Shown here piece by piece: positions 1 to 11,985 of a stretch of 64,000 nucleotides of DNA. The stretch is from the human T2T-CHM13v2.0 reference genome, Homo sapiens. The notes below the pieces were generated by a model that was given only the letters and a program-made list of their open reading frames with translations, was not told the origin of the DNA and searched no databases. The stretch lies in assembly GCF_009914755.1 (NCBI RefSeq), contig NC_060926.1; one strand, written 5' to 3'. Positions within the stretch are counted from its first letter, which is position 1. Every line of letters starts with the position of its first letter. The position numbers and the translations under genes were made by a program.

Positions 1-359
1 TCGGCAGGTGTTTATTGGGCACCTTCTATTTACCAGGCTCGGTTCTAGGTCTAGGGACGCAACGCATCATGAGCAGCACACAAGCCCTGCCTTCCTGGTG
101 CCTGAGCTCCAGCGCAGCCCTGTGTGAGTTCCTGGGCGGGACCAAGAATGCCTGTCCCGACCTGACGCCCCTCATACCCCAGCCTCCTTTCTCAGCACCT
201 TCATTCATGGTCCCAGAGGAGGGAGCACTGTAGGGGAGAGAACTTTCCAGAGGTTTTGAATGTCCAGCCAAGGCATGGAGAGGGCTCTGCCAGGCAAGAG
301 GGCGAGCAGGGAGAGGTGGGTGGGAACTCCATGTGGGTCCTCATCCTGCAGGGCCTTGT

Positions 360-580
360 CCCCAGTACACCGGTTTGCAAACCACCAGCCCAGTTTTTAC
401 CTTAGCTGAGTGCCACCTGCACAATTGTGTATTTAGTAATATTTTTTAACAGACTCACCTTTTGGGGTTAAATAAATGGTTCTTCAAATGGAACTTTGTA
501 TTTTTTCTGAAATGGAAAACCTAATCCCTGTCTGAAGAGGATGTTCCTGTCTCTGTCTCCATCAAACCTAAAGTAACCTC
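360..580. mobile_element. Degenerate hAT-type DNA transposon remnant (Zaphod-like)
   Basis: taatattttt..cagactcac..ttaaataaat..aaatggaaaacc resembles the remembered consensus; heavily diverged. Confidence 0.35.
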
Positions 581-1833
581 ATCTGGGCCATGTGTGGCCC
601 TACATTTGGGAACACACTGCAGTGGTGGAAGAAAGGCCAGAAGCTAGAGAGGCCTCTACGGGGCTCTTGTGGGATTGGAAAGCCAAGCCCTGCGTTCCTC
701 CCAGGGCACTGAGGCCAGGGTGCCGGCAGGACAGAGGGATTTCCCAGGCTCTGATGAAAACCCACCCTCCCTGGTCTCCCAGTGGTGGGTGAAGGCCCAT
801 TTCCTCTTGTTTTTAAAGGGGTCCTGATTTACAGCAGGAAGACAGGAGCGCTGCTGTGTGGGAAGGTGATAGAGAACCAGTCAGGGAACCGAGGTCATCA
901 TTCTGCTGAGCGGCTCCCTGGAGAGCGGAGAATTCACTGGTTGTCACCCGGGCCCTAAAATGGAATTTTCTCATGTTATGCTGTTGAATATTGGTGATTT
1001 AACGACAGAACAGCCACCCCCTCCCCCTCCACCACATTGAGAAGATTGAGATGTTTCCGACTGAAATGTTGTCTGTTTACTGCTCATACTGCCTCCAAGC
1101 CATGCATTTTATTGTCATATTGACACTAATTTGGCTCGGATGTCACCTCCATTCTGACGCCTGTTCTTTATGCTGCCTGTGGATCCGGGGGGTTTTCAGA
1201 AACCAATTACATTGATCAAACCCAGAGAGGCAGGAAGAGCTGGTAGAGGGGCTGCCAGAGGCCCAAGTCAGGCAGGGATCCCTTTCCGAGACAGGAAGGG
1301 GAACCGAGGCAAAGGAAGCCACACTGCAGGTCCCTGCGTGAGATGGTGGAGCTGCTGTGTACAGGCACGGGCTAAGCGGTGTCTATGGGCCATCTGGTAA
1401 AGCCACACAGACTGTCCCGCCACACCAGCTTCACAAAGCCGCTTCACAGGAGCCTGCAGCACAGCCTGTTTCTCTGTGTTCATCACTTAGCTAGGCCGTG
1501 GTCCTGGCAACTCTGAACCTCGCTGCTCCACGGCCCAGGCACTTGCTACTCCCCCATCAGAGGGGTGAGAGGGCTGTGGATGGCTAGGTGTGGGGGGCAT
1601 TAAGGTCCTCAGGCCAGATTTCCTTAGAGCATCTCCTCGGCAAGCCAGAAAATATCTGGGTGAGGGAGTTGGGCTATGCAGGGAACACATCTTAGCCAGT
1701 GAGGATTCAGGGTACCCGAGCCCCACCACCAGGCTGCGTCCTGCTGGCCTTGTATTTTTTCCTGAAATGGAAAACCTAATCCCTGTCTGAGGAGGATGTT
1801 CCTGTCTCTGTCTCCATCAAACCTAAAATAACC
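496..1833 (+). repeat. Dispersed direct repeat of ~83 bp (496-578 and 1750-1833)
   Basis: Two copies differ by one indel and two substitutions. Confidence 0.95.
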
Positions 1834-3359
1834 CAGCCCCGGGCTGAGGATGGCATCTGGCACAGAGAAGGCTCCTGGGACCCAGTGCCAGGATGATGCT
1901 CTTTCCTCCTGCCCCTCAGCCCAGGCTCCTGGGCACACAGGCCGTGGGGGGATCCCCAGCCCCGATTCCATGCAAGTCCACCCACAGGTATAGATGATAT
2001 GTTGGTTGTCAGCCCATAGCATCCCTGGGGTGGGTGCTGGTAGCCCATCTTCTGCATGAGACAACCAGTGATTGGCTCAAAGCTACCCAGTTCAGAGTGT
2101 GCAAGCAGGGTTGGAACCTGGGTCTGCCTGAGTCCAGGGCCTGTTCTTGCATCTCCTGCCCTTCCTACTGCCTCAGGGAAAACAATGATCTCCCTCCTGA
2201 GCACCTTGGGATTCTCTAGAATAATTCTGCTTAGATGGCACCTTGCAAATCCTGCCTGGTGCCTCGGAGTACTGTCTTCATCTCTCTCCTACACGGTGAG
2301 CTCCATGAGGACAGGGTCAGAGGCTTCCCTGCCCAGAGTCCCCATGATGTCCAATCAATGCCTGGTGTGCTCTCAGCACTACACGAGGGGCTGATGGATC
2401 AATGAATAAACATGTGAATGAGCAACAGAAAGCGCTAGTGGGTGAAGCAAGGTCCAGAGGCAGGTGGTGTCAGCGTCCGCCCAGGTGAGGGTGGGCAGGT
2501 GGCCAGTCACCCGTGGCCGACCGGCATTAAAACAGGTGCCTCCACAGATGAATACTCCATGTTCCCGGTCATAAATCACAGGAGAAACCACGGGAAATGA
2601 GTGCCAGGCTTTTCTTTCTATTTAGTAATTTATCAAGGGAAGAGGTGCATTAATAAACATATTTCCCATGAGAGGCGGGGATAACAGAGATGAATATCAC
2701 TGTCAGATTTGGCCTGTTTCCTCTTGTTAGGGGCACACGAGAGGGTGGGAATCCAAATATTAGCGGCAGATTCTTTTTTTAAAAATGTGTTACGAAGATG
2801 TGTGTGTTTCTTACTTTATATCATGTTAGATGGTTTTTCCCCTCACATTACCGTATTTGCCACTCAGTTTGTAAGTAATAGGAGCCTTTCAGAGAATTCA
2901 CTCCTGCATCTTTCTTTGAGTTTCCTTTGAAGCGAGGATTGACAAGGAGTGGACTCAGTAAATAAGAACCCAGAAGCTGAGAGGGCGCCGAATGCAAGCC
3001 GATGAGTGAATGTCTAATGACAGCTGTGTTGCTGAGTGGCCCAATCATCTTTCCTAGACTTGCTGCCCTTCACTCCATTATTGACTGGAGGCTCACCCTG
3101 CCCCTTGGAACAGTCCTCCTGGCCCTTGAAGAAGCCACATTCATTAGCAATTTCATTTTGGAATGCCCGCTGGGTTTTAGGCACTATTCTTGGCATTCTA
3201 TGTGTGTCTTCACAACAGCCCTGCAAAGCAAGCCACACTGCCCTGATTGTACAGATGGGGAAAGAGAGGCTCAGGAAAGCTAAGTAAATGTGCTCCAAGG
3301 AAGCCACAAAGTGACAGGCTTGACAGGGACAGTGGCAGAGGCTGTGTGCCTCTGCATCT

Positions 3360-3558
3360 TGTGTGTGTGTGTGTGTGCGCGCACGCGCATCCACCTGGGG
3401 TATGTGTCTCCACCTGGGGTGTGTGTCTCCACCTGGGGTGTGTGTGTATGTGTCCACCTGGGGTGTTTGTGTGTGTGTCCACCTGGGGTGTGTGTGTATG
3501 TGTCCACCTGGGTGTGTGTGTGTCCACCTGGGGTGTGTGTGTGTGTCTCCACCTGGGG
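3360..3558. repeat. (TG)n-spaced minisatellite with 8 copies of CCACCTGGG(G)
   Basis: Core copies start at 3391, 3410, 3429, 3454, 3479, 3504, 3524, 3549. Confidence 0.95.
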
Positions 3559-5019
3559 CCCCCCTCCCATGCAGGGGGCCCTCCCTGTGCCTTCCTGCCG
3601 TCATACTCCCTGCCCCCTGAGACACCTCTCCTCCTCTGCACCCTGGGCATAGGCCCTGTGGCAGGTGGTTTTGGTGTCCCTGTACCTTGGGCAAGTTACT
3701 TAGTGTCCTGTTTTGTCTTCTGTAAAATGAGCATAACAGCCCCTTCTTTATGGGACAGTCGTGAAGATTAAATTACTTAACACTTTAAAGTTTGAAGGAG
3801 TCCTAGCGCATGTGATGATAGCATTGAGTAAGTGCTGTGTTTAGGTGACTGTGAATCTGTTCTTTCTCAACACATCCTGTCTGTGCCATGGGTCAGCCCT
3901 TGGCACCTCCCACTGGGCTCATGGCTGTGCCACCTGTATTCGAGTGTTGGGGATGGTCAGGTGGGAAAAAGGATTTGGGCTCCTAATGCATGGTGAGAAA
4001 GACAGGAGCAAGCAGATAACCACACAGTGGATGAAAGCTCACCCCCACCCTTGTTTGGAGAGAGAGGCCTGAGCATAGGGAAGATCTGCCCAACTCCAGG
4101 AGGTCAGGGAAGGCATCCCAAGGGAGGTGATGACTCGGCTGAGGTCTGAGCAGGCAGAGGAAGCTGCACGTGCAAGTCCCTGAGCAGGTGATATGGAGGA
4201 GGGGCTGGAAGGAGACCTGGTGGCTGGAGTGAGGAGATTCCACAGGGCCACCGCCTAGGCCTTCTTTGTAACAGCAGTGGGGATTTTTGGAAAGTTTTGG
4301 GGAGAGGGCAGGGACATGATCTTATTTCCAAGTTGAAAATCTGTCTTTGCAGTGAGCACTGTGGATTGGACAGCTGTTAGCTGAGGGCCCCAGAATGATC
4401 CAAGCAAGTGGTGGGCTGTGCTAGGGGTGGAGTTTGAAAGGAGAGATTTTGAGAGGCGTTCACGAGCCCACACGTAAGTGGGCTCCATTGTGGTGGAGGG
4501 GAGGAGGGAAGGCCGACTCCCGGGTCTCCCGCTTTGCCACTGCGCAAGTAGCAGGCACGTGCTGTAGGAAGAGCTGGTCCAGGCACAGGGCAGGAGTGTG
4601 GGGCTGGTTGTGCCAAACTGGAGCTGCCTTGCAGACAGGAGGAGAGGACGAGGAGGCAGCTGGCTCTGAGAAGGCTCACTCTTCAGAGCCACTGAAAGTG
4701 GGAGGTCGAAAAGTGTTTGTGGGACGGGACGTCCGCCTGGCCCTGGGCCTCTGCTGACCTCTCTGAAGATGGACAGAGAAGACACAGAGTCATTAGAAAG
4801 TCCAGACATCAGGGCTTCTTTGGACCTGGGTTCAAATCCTGCCTCTGTAGCTCTGTGACCTTGAGCAAGTCACTGACCTCTCAAGCATAGTTGCTTTGCT
4901 GCTTATCTGGTTTGCTTGGAGGATGGTGGTAGCTGTTAAATGAGTCAGTGGATCTAAGCGTCACTAAATGGTGGTTGTCACTGGGTCATTATTTGCATAA
5001 GAATTCAGAAGCAGGCATT

Positions 5020-5632
5020 TATCCAGATACTGCATCAGAGGAGCACGCTCCAGCCAGGATGCAGATGCTGCAGCAGAGGGGCACACTCCAGCCAGGATGC
5101 AGATGCTGCAACAGAGGGGCACACTCCAGCCAGGATGCAGATGCTGCAGCAGAGGGGCACACTCCAGCCAGGATGCAGATGCTGCAACAGAGGGGCACAC
5201 TCCAGCCGGGATGCAGATGCTGTAACAGAGGGGCATACACCAGCCAGGATGCAGATGCTGCAGCAAAGGGGCACACTCCAGCCGGGATGCAGATGCTGCA
5301 GCAGAGGGGCACACTCCAGCCAGGATGCAGGTGCTGCAGCAGAGGGGCACACTCCAGCCGGGATGCAGGTGGTGCAGCAGAGGGGCACACTCCAGCCGGG
5401 ATGCAGATGCTGCGGCAGAGGGGCACACTCCAGCCGGGATGCAGATGCTGCGGCAGAGGGGCACACTCCAGCCGGGATGCAGATGCTGCGGCAGAGGGGC
5501 ACGCTCCAGCCGGGATGCAGATGCTGCGGCAGAGGGGCACACTCCAGCCGGGATGCAGATGCTGCGGCAGAGGGGCACACTCCAGCCGGGATGCAGGTGC
5601 TGCGGCAGAGGGGCACACTCCACCCAGGATGC
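5020..5632. repeat. 38-bp VNTR, ~16 copies (GATGCAGATGCTGCRGCAGAGGGGCACACTCCAGCCRG)
   Basis: Exact 38-bp period from 5058 to 5627 (15 units) plus one degenerate unit at 5020-5057. Confidence 0.98.
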
Positions 5633-7552
5633 CCCTGTTTGCCGTCCAGGATCCCTATTTAGAGTGGGTGATCACATTTGCAGTGCAGCCTCACAGCTGG
5701 CTGGGAGGTAGCCTGCTCCATGGGCCTCCCTGCTTCTTTCTGTCCTCAGGCAGGTGACCTAGGATCCTTCCTGCTGTAAGAGAAAGAAGGAGTTGTCTGA
5801 GTGAGTTACCTGCTCTGCCCTGGCCCCTCTGTGGGGTCAGAGCAAGTGGGCATCCCCAGAAGCAACTATGGACCGTCTTCTGTGTACCCACTGTAGCTCT
5901 GCTTACTAAAATATCTGTAAGCCCCAGTCTTCATAGCCCAATAGAATAAACAGCGAAAGCAGAAAGTTTAGCTGACAAGGATGTCAAAAGAAAAGAATGT
6001 TCTGATTAACTCCACTTTTTTTTTCAACTGGGAGCTTTCCTAACATCACTTAACTCTTCTCGTTGAAAATAAAGTATACCAAGTACTGGGTCACATGACC
6101 ATCTCAACTGTAGCCACTCTGGAGTGCCCAGGCCACTTCCCCATCCATCATCCCACTGGGTCACAGCAACCCCAGAGCTGGCAGGGACTTGTTTTATGCT
6201 GGTGTCATTGATGAAGACCCCAAGTCTGTGACAGGTAAAACAATTTGCCCCAAGTCATGCAGCTGACTTATGGCTCCAGCCCAGGGTACCCGGTGTGCAG
6301 CCCCCACTTCACCCCACTGCAGGCCACTGTTCCAGTCCAGGTCTCCATCCCTCTACCCAGAGTCCCTTCATCCCAGGCTGCTGGCTGTCTACTCCCCTCT
6401 GTGGCCTCAGACTCCCCTCATCCCATGAAAGAGGCTGTTAGGAGAGAAAACCCTGGAAGCCCCTTTCGGCCCAATGGTCCTGGATGTCCTCTGTCCTCTC
6501 TATGCCTTGGAGAGGTGCTTCTCCTGGTGGCCTGGCAGGAAAGAGCCTCCCCAGGGATCCCTAGGTCTCCTCAGGGTTGCAGCCAAGCTTGGGGCTGGGC
6601 CGGGCATGGTTGCCTCGAGGGGCCAACATGGATCCCAGGGCTTGCGGCTTGTTCAGTAGGTGGGTGCGGGCTCTGCCCTCACACAGCCTTCTTGGGGACT
6701 GGTAGGTGTGGAGTGGGGGGCTCAGAGGCTCGTAGGCCATCACCCCCTGCCCTCGGTGCTCCTGCAGCTGTGGAGACATAAGGAACTGCCACGTGCATGA
6801 TTCAGAGTGTCCCTAAGGTCAGTGGTCAAAGCCATCAGGAAAGCTTCGGGAGCACCCGCCAAGAGGCTGTGTGTACTGTGAGCAGGAGGCCCATGGAGCC
6901 AGACCCTGCAGTCAGGGCAGCCTGCCTGGAGGAGGGGGCACCCAGGAGGGGTCTCAGCAGGTCTGAGCAGGCAGAAGGGAGGAACGCAGTTATCATAAGC
7001 CTGGGAACAGCCAAGCACAGACATGAGTGTGCTTGAGCAACCCCCAGCATCATTTATGGGCAACACCACCAGCCCATGGGGAACCCGGAGGCCTGGAAAG
7101 GATGGGTGGGCAGGGGCCAGCGGGACATGAGAAGAGGCTGCTCCATGCAGGTGTCCAGAAAGTCAAGGACAGGCCCAAGCATTTACTGTGCCCTACCATG
7201 GGCCAGGTGCTTCTCACGCTTCGCCTAATTTACACCTCATGCCAGCCCTGGTGGTCAGCACTATTAGAGCCCTTTAAAAAGAGGAGACTGGCTCTGAGGG
7301 ATCTGGACAGGGCAGGAAGCTTGGCTTGTGGAGAGTCATCCAGCAGTGTTGTCAGACCATTTCTAGGCCACCGTTTGTTCAGGGCAGAGACCTAGAATCC
7401 TGATGGGGGCACCGTGATGGGGAGCAGTCTGGAACCACAGTGGAAGAGCCTTTGGTCCTAGGGTGCAGGGTACTCTTGTCTGGGGCAAGCCCTCTTCCCT
7501 TCCACAGTTATGTAGGTGTGCGACAGCAGCTGGTGAGGGCTGAGGGCATAGC

Positions 7553-7684
7553 CATGTGTCCACACATATGTGTGCATATGCATGTGTACACATGTCTGCG
7601 TGTGGGTGCACACAAGTGTTTGCATGCATGGGTGATGTGTGCACCTGCGTACATGTGTGCCTGCATGCATGTGGTGTGCACATT
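7553..7684. repeat. Alternating purine-pyrimidine low-complexity tract (TG/CATG/TGCA)
   Basis: Direct reading. Confidence 0.8.
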
Positions 7685-7987
7685 CAAAGCAACAGCTTCC
7701 CAGAGCCTCGGGCGACTTTAGAACTGAGGACCTCAGTACGCAGAAGCACCTGCCTGTGTCAGGTTGCCTCTCGCTGCCATGTCCTCGTGTCCTCCCTACC
7801 CTGTTACAGCAGGCTGCCCAGTAGGCTCTGGAGAGACAGCCAAAGGCCCAGACATTGCGAAGAGTCTGGGGGCCGCCATTCAGGCCTCTGCTTGGCAAAT
7901 GCCCTATCAGGGGGCACTTTAGTGGTGATTCCAGGTACAACGTGACCTGTGACCTTGGAGCACTTACTTCCATTCCCTCTCTTCCCC

Positions 7988-8300
7988 ATGGAATTCTCCA
8001 TAGCAGTGGGAACAGGCAAGCTTCTGCCACACACAATAGCATGGAGAAATCTTACAAACTGACCATGTGGATGAAGGAGGCCAGATATGAAAGAGTATTT
8101 AAAAATTCCATTTACACAAAGCTCAAAAGTAGGCAACAAGAAGCTGTGTGTTAGAAGCCAGGATAGCAGCTGCCCTTGGGCTGGAAGATGGAGGGGGCCT
8201 GTGGACAATGGCCAAGCACTGTTTCTTGACCTGGGGCTGGCTTCCCAGGTGGGCTAACTTGGTGAGAGGCCACCGAACTGCTCACTTATGATTCGTGCAC
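7988..8300 (+). mobile_element. Old L1 (L1ME-like) 3' end fragment
   Basis: gccagata..aaagagta..attccatttacacaaagctcaaaagtaggcaa..gttagaagccaggatag pattern typical of L1M 3' UTR. Confidence 0.6.
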
Positions 8301-8635
8301 ACTCCTGTCATGAGGTAAGCATTGCTGGATTCCAGCCCTGGTCTCTGCACCCAGTGGTAAATACACTATGCTCAGTGCTCATATTCACTCGCCCAAACAC
8401 CTTACATGCACTTCTCCAGTCCTCACCACACCCTGCGCTGCTCAGTCCATTTTACAGATCAACAAACTGAGGCCGAGAGGTGACATCCTTCGCCCAAGAG
8501 CCCACAGCTGGAAAGTCGGCAAAGCTAGGATTCCCATTAGACCATCCTTGCAGGCTCTTCCTATCCCCCACCCACATGTCACCCCCTCCCCCATCCCCAG
8601 TGATGCTGACCTGTCTTGTGTTGACTATCCCACAG

Positions 8636-8837
8636 TGTCCCGTTTCTCCAGCCCGCGGGTGACGCCCCGCCTGAGCCGCAAGCGGGCGCTGTCCATCTCC
8701 CCACTCTCAGACGCCAGCCTGGACCTGCAGCGGATGATCCGCACCTCACCCAACTCGCTAGTGGCCTACATCAACAACTCCCGAAGCAGCTCAGCGGCCA
8801 GCGGTTCCTACGGGCATCTGTCAGCGGGTGCCCTCAG
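8636..8837 (+). CDS. GLI2: GLI2 coding exon ([25 protein letters not shown]...[12 protein letters not shown]), includes SUFU-binding SYGHL at 8806-8820
   Basis: cccacag|TGTCC...CTCAG|gtgagc; 202 bp, phase 1-2; translation matches GLI2. Confidence 0.97.
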
Positions 8838-9439
8838 GTGAGCCCCGCCTGCAAGCAGAGAGCTGAGGACCAGAGCTGGGCTGAGGGCCCGGTGGGGAGG
8901 CGCTGGCTTTTCAGTGGGCGCTTTTGACCCGAGGAGAAAGACAGGACCTGTGGCATTTGTGAATCCACATACTTGCACCTTTTTTATGAATTCAAAACCA
9001 ATAATGATCAAATTGAAATGAGCCCATATCTGAGTACATCTTCATGGACCAGGCCTGTCATGAATGACTCAAATGTGAAATCAAAGGTGTTTGAGGTCAA
9101 AGATGGTTTTCCTAGTATTTCACTGAATTTGGTGGAGCAGCCAAGTATTGGCCAACCTTGGAGACCACACAAAATGTGACATTGACATGGCCCATGCTCT
9201 CAGCAAGCCTCTGGGCTGGCAGCAGGCCTCCCTCTGTAGCCGCATGGTGGCACACCCAAGCCTCACTGACACTAGCCACCCTTCTCCCTTCTGTGCGGCT
9301 CTAGTCTGTCTGAGGACTCAGACCCCAGCCAGCTTGACTGAAACTCACATGCCTCTCCAGCACCTCCGGAAGAGGCCAGGAGGAGTTAGGAATGTCAGGA
9401 GAGTTTGTCCCAACGACCTGGAGATGGAAGGAATAACAA

Positions 9440-9860
9440 GTGTATTTGTTATCTTTTGCTGCCTAACAAATTGCTCCAACGCATAGCAGTTTAAAACCAC
9501 AAGCAATTGTTCTCTCCCCCCATTTCTGAGGGTCAGGAATTTGAGACAGGCTGAGCTCCGGCTCTCTCAGGTGGCCACAGTCAAGCTGTCAGCCAGTGCT
9601 TCATCCCGCCGAAGGCTTGACTGGGCCAGAATGCCCCCTCACAGCGCTCTCAGCAGTGTCCTTTGTTCCTCATCTGTGAGCCTCTGCTTAGGGCTGCTTG
9701 AGTGTCCTCACAACATGGCAGACGGGTCCCAGCCCACCTTGCAGCCTATGATGTGAGAGGAAGCTGGAGGAAGCCACGATGTCTTTTACGGCCCAACCAC
9801 AGGGGTCACCAATCTTTCCTTGGTATCCTGCTGTGTGAAGGTTGGCTCTTATGCAAGTGG
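9440..9860. mobile_element. MLT1-type MaLR solo LTR (old)
   Basis: tgtatttgttatcttttgctgcctaacaaat..ttctgagggtcaggaatttgag..gagtgtcctcacaacatggca. Confidence 0.65.
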
Positions 9861-10314
9861 TGTGACAGAGCCTAGAAGTGCAGTAAGAAGAGGAGAATAA
9901 TGCAAGCTGGAGGGCTCAGGGCAAGATTCCTGGATGAGGGGGCATTGGAACAGGATTCGGAGGCCTCATGGGTTTCACGTAGTCAGGGAGCAGCGATACA
10001 GACATGCGTCTAGGTATCACAGCAGTGGAGAGGCCAGGGTGTGGGGATGAGCTGGAGCCTGGTCCCTGCTGGGAGCCAGCCTGCCAGGGGTGAAGTCTGC
10101 ATCCTGGGGCAGAACCTGGGAGCTGATCGCAGAAGGTGAGTGGCAGACAGTAGGAAGCCACAGCTGGTTCTTGAGTGAGGAAGCCACAGTGATGGTGGGG
10201 CTAGCAACATGCTCATCCCTATCCCCTGGGCAAGGTTCTCTCTGTCCAGGAAGTGTCAGCCTAAGAGAGCTCCCGATCCCCCACCCCCACTTCCTTGTCT
10301 GCTCTCTGTTGCAG

Positions 10315-10528
10315 CCCAGCCTTCACCTTCCCCCACCCCATCAACCCCGTGGCCTACCAGCAGATTCTGAGCCAGCAGAGGGGTCTGGGGTCAGCCTTTG
10401 GACACACACCACCCCTGATCCAGCCCTCACCCACCTTCCTGGCCCAGCAGCCCATGGCCCTCACCTCCATCAATGCCACGCCCACCCAGCTCAGCAGCAG
10501 CAGCAACTGTCTGAGTGACACCAACCAG
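10315..10528 (+). CDS. GLI2: GLI2 coding exon (PAFTFPHPINP...MALTSINATPTQ...SDTNQ)
   Basis: ctgttgcag|CCCAGCC...AACCAG|gtaggt; 214 bp, phase 2-0. Confidence 0.97.
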
Positions 10529-11862
10529 GTAGGTGGGTGCAGGGGCCAGGATGGCCACTGGGTACTCATCTGGACACATGAGGGTTGTTCACTGCCAGCT
10601 CATGCTAAGAACTTGTGGAGGGCCTCTGGATTTACGTCTGGCCGCTAGGGTGCCTTCTGGGCAGAGGCCACGTTACAGAAAGGGTGAGACCTGGGCTCAG
10701 TCCATGGGAAGCTCCCAGCTTCTTGATTCTGCCGTCTCCTGTCCAAGAAGCATAATAAGTAGATGGAGAAAGCCTCGATTCCCAGGGCCTGGCACCATGG
10801 AGGCACTCCATGCACAGCACATAGCATGGGTGGGTGAGTGAATCATTATAAGACTGTGCAGTTTCGTCGTAGAACGTGCATTTGCAGCAGGCTTTCACAC
10901 ACTGCCTCATTCGACCCTTCCAACGGGCCTTGAGCATGCCTGGGCATCCTAGTACAGTGCCTGGCACATCCTAGGTGCCATTATTATTTGGCAAATGAAG
11001 TGTTCTTTTACAATAAGGACATGGAAGGGCACAGGCCTTAGCATCAGTCAGACCATCTTTGGGATCCCAACTTGCCTGAAAGCAGCACATCTCTTTCCCT
11101 CTCGCAGCCTGAGCTAACTTATCTGCAGAGTGGGATTCCTGATGCCTAGGTGGGGTCACTGTGCATACAAACAAGCTCATGTGTGCAGAGCCCCCATAGG
11201 CTCTGATCCTGGGAGCACTGACAACGACAATGCCAGAGGTGAAGGGACCACCCCAGGCCACCCACCAGCAAATGGCAAAGCCTGGATGTGGCTACACCCT
11301 TGGAAGGAAGACAGGACACCATGTCCTCTAGAAGTGTCCTCTGTTCCAGAATGTCCTCCCTCTCCACCCCAGGGCTCCTGGTGGCTCCCCAGAGCCTCCC
11401 CACGACAGTGGCTGTCAGCTCTGGAAACATCACCTGATACTTTAGCTCTAGCCCCTTCTCCTGAGGAACTGGGCTCTGGCCCCCTATGCCCTGGGCTGGC
11501 CAGGCCCTGTTCTCAGATCCAGAGTGTCCCCTGCTCTGGAGGGCTGAGAAGTTGAGCCTGGTCAGAACAGGAGCAAGGGCACCCTGCATTTTCCAAAGAG
11601 AAGGTCTCTTTCCCATTTCCCAGAAGTCTTGGGGAGGCGGTGATGGAGAGATGGGGGTTGGCATGCCCGGGTCTGGGTGCTCTCCTGTAGCAGGACATGT
11701 GCCCCCGGCAGGACTGAGCTGGGGACTCTATTTCTGATACTTTAAACACAGGGTTAGCCCAGATGGTCTGTGCGGAGAGATCCTAGAGTTAAAGTCCAAA
11801 AAAATTTGGGATATCCCTGCCCTGCCCCTGAGTAATAGACTGTCCTCTGCACCCTTCCTCAG

Positions 11863-11985
11863 AACAAGCAGAGCAGTGAGTCGGCCGTCAGCAGCACCGT
11901 CAACCCTGTCGCCATTCACAAGCGCAGCAAGGTCAAGACCGAGCCTGAGGGCCTGCGGCCGGCCTCCCCTCTGGCGCTGACGCAG
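11863..11985 (+). CDS. GLI2: GLI2 coding exon (NKQSSESAVSSTVNPVAIHKRSKVKTEPEGLRPASPLALTQ)
   Basis: cttcctcag|AACAAG...ACGCAG|gtaacc; 123 bp, phase 0-0; not in the ORF track, read directly from sequence. Confidence 0.96.

Noticed and set aside
3014-3771. Long His/Thr- and Cys/Val-rich ORFs
   Set aside because: Translations of the TG/CA minisatellite.
5058-5627. Tandem CTCF site array
   Set aside because: The unit has an extra G in the core relative to the CTCF consensus; not supportable without ChIP data.
3391-5632. CRISPR-like appearance of the regular repeats
   Set aside because: Human intronic tandem repeats with no unique spacers and no cas genes.
4948-5757. 269-aa ORF and five overlapping long ORFs on both strands
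   Set aside because: By-product of a stop-free 38-bp VNTR cycling through frames; no splice or domain evidence.
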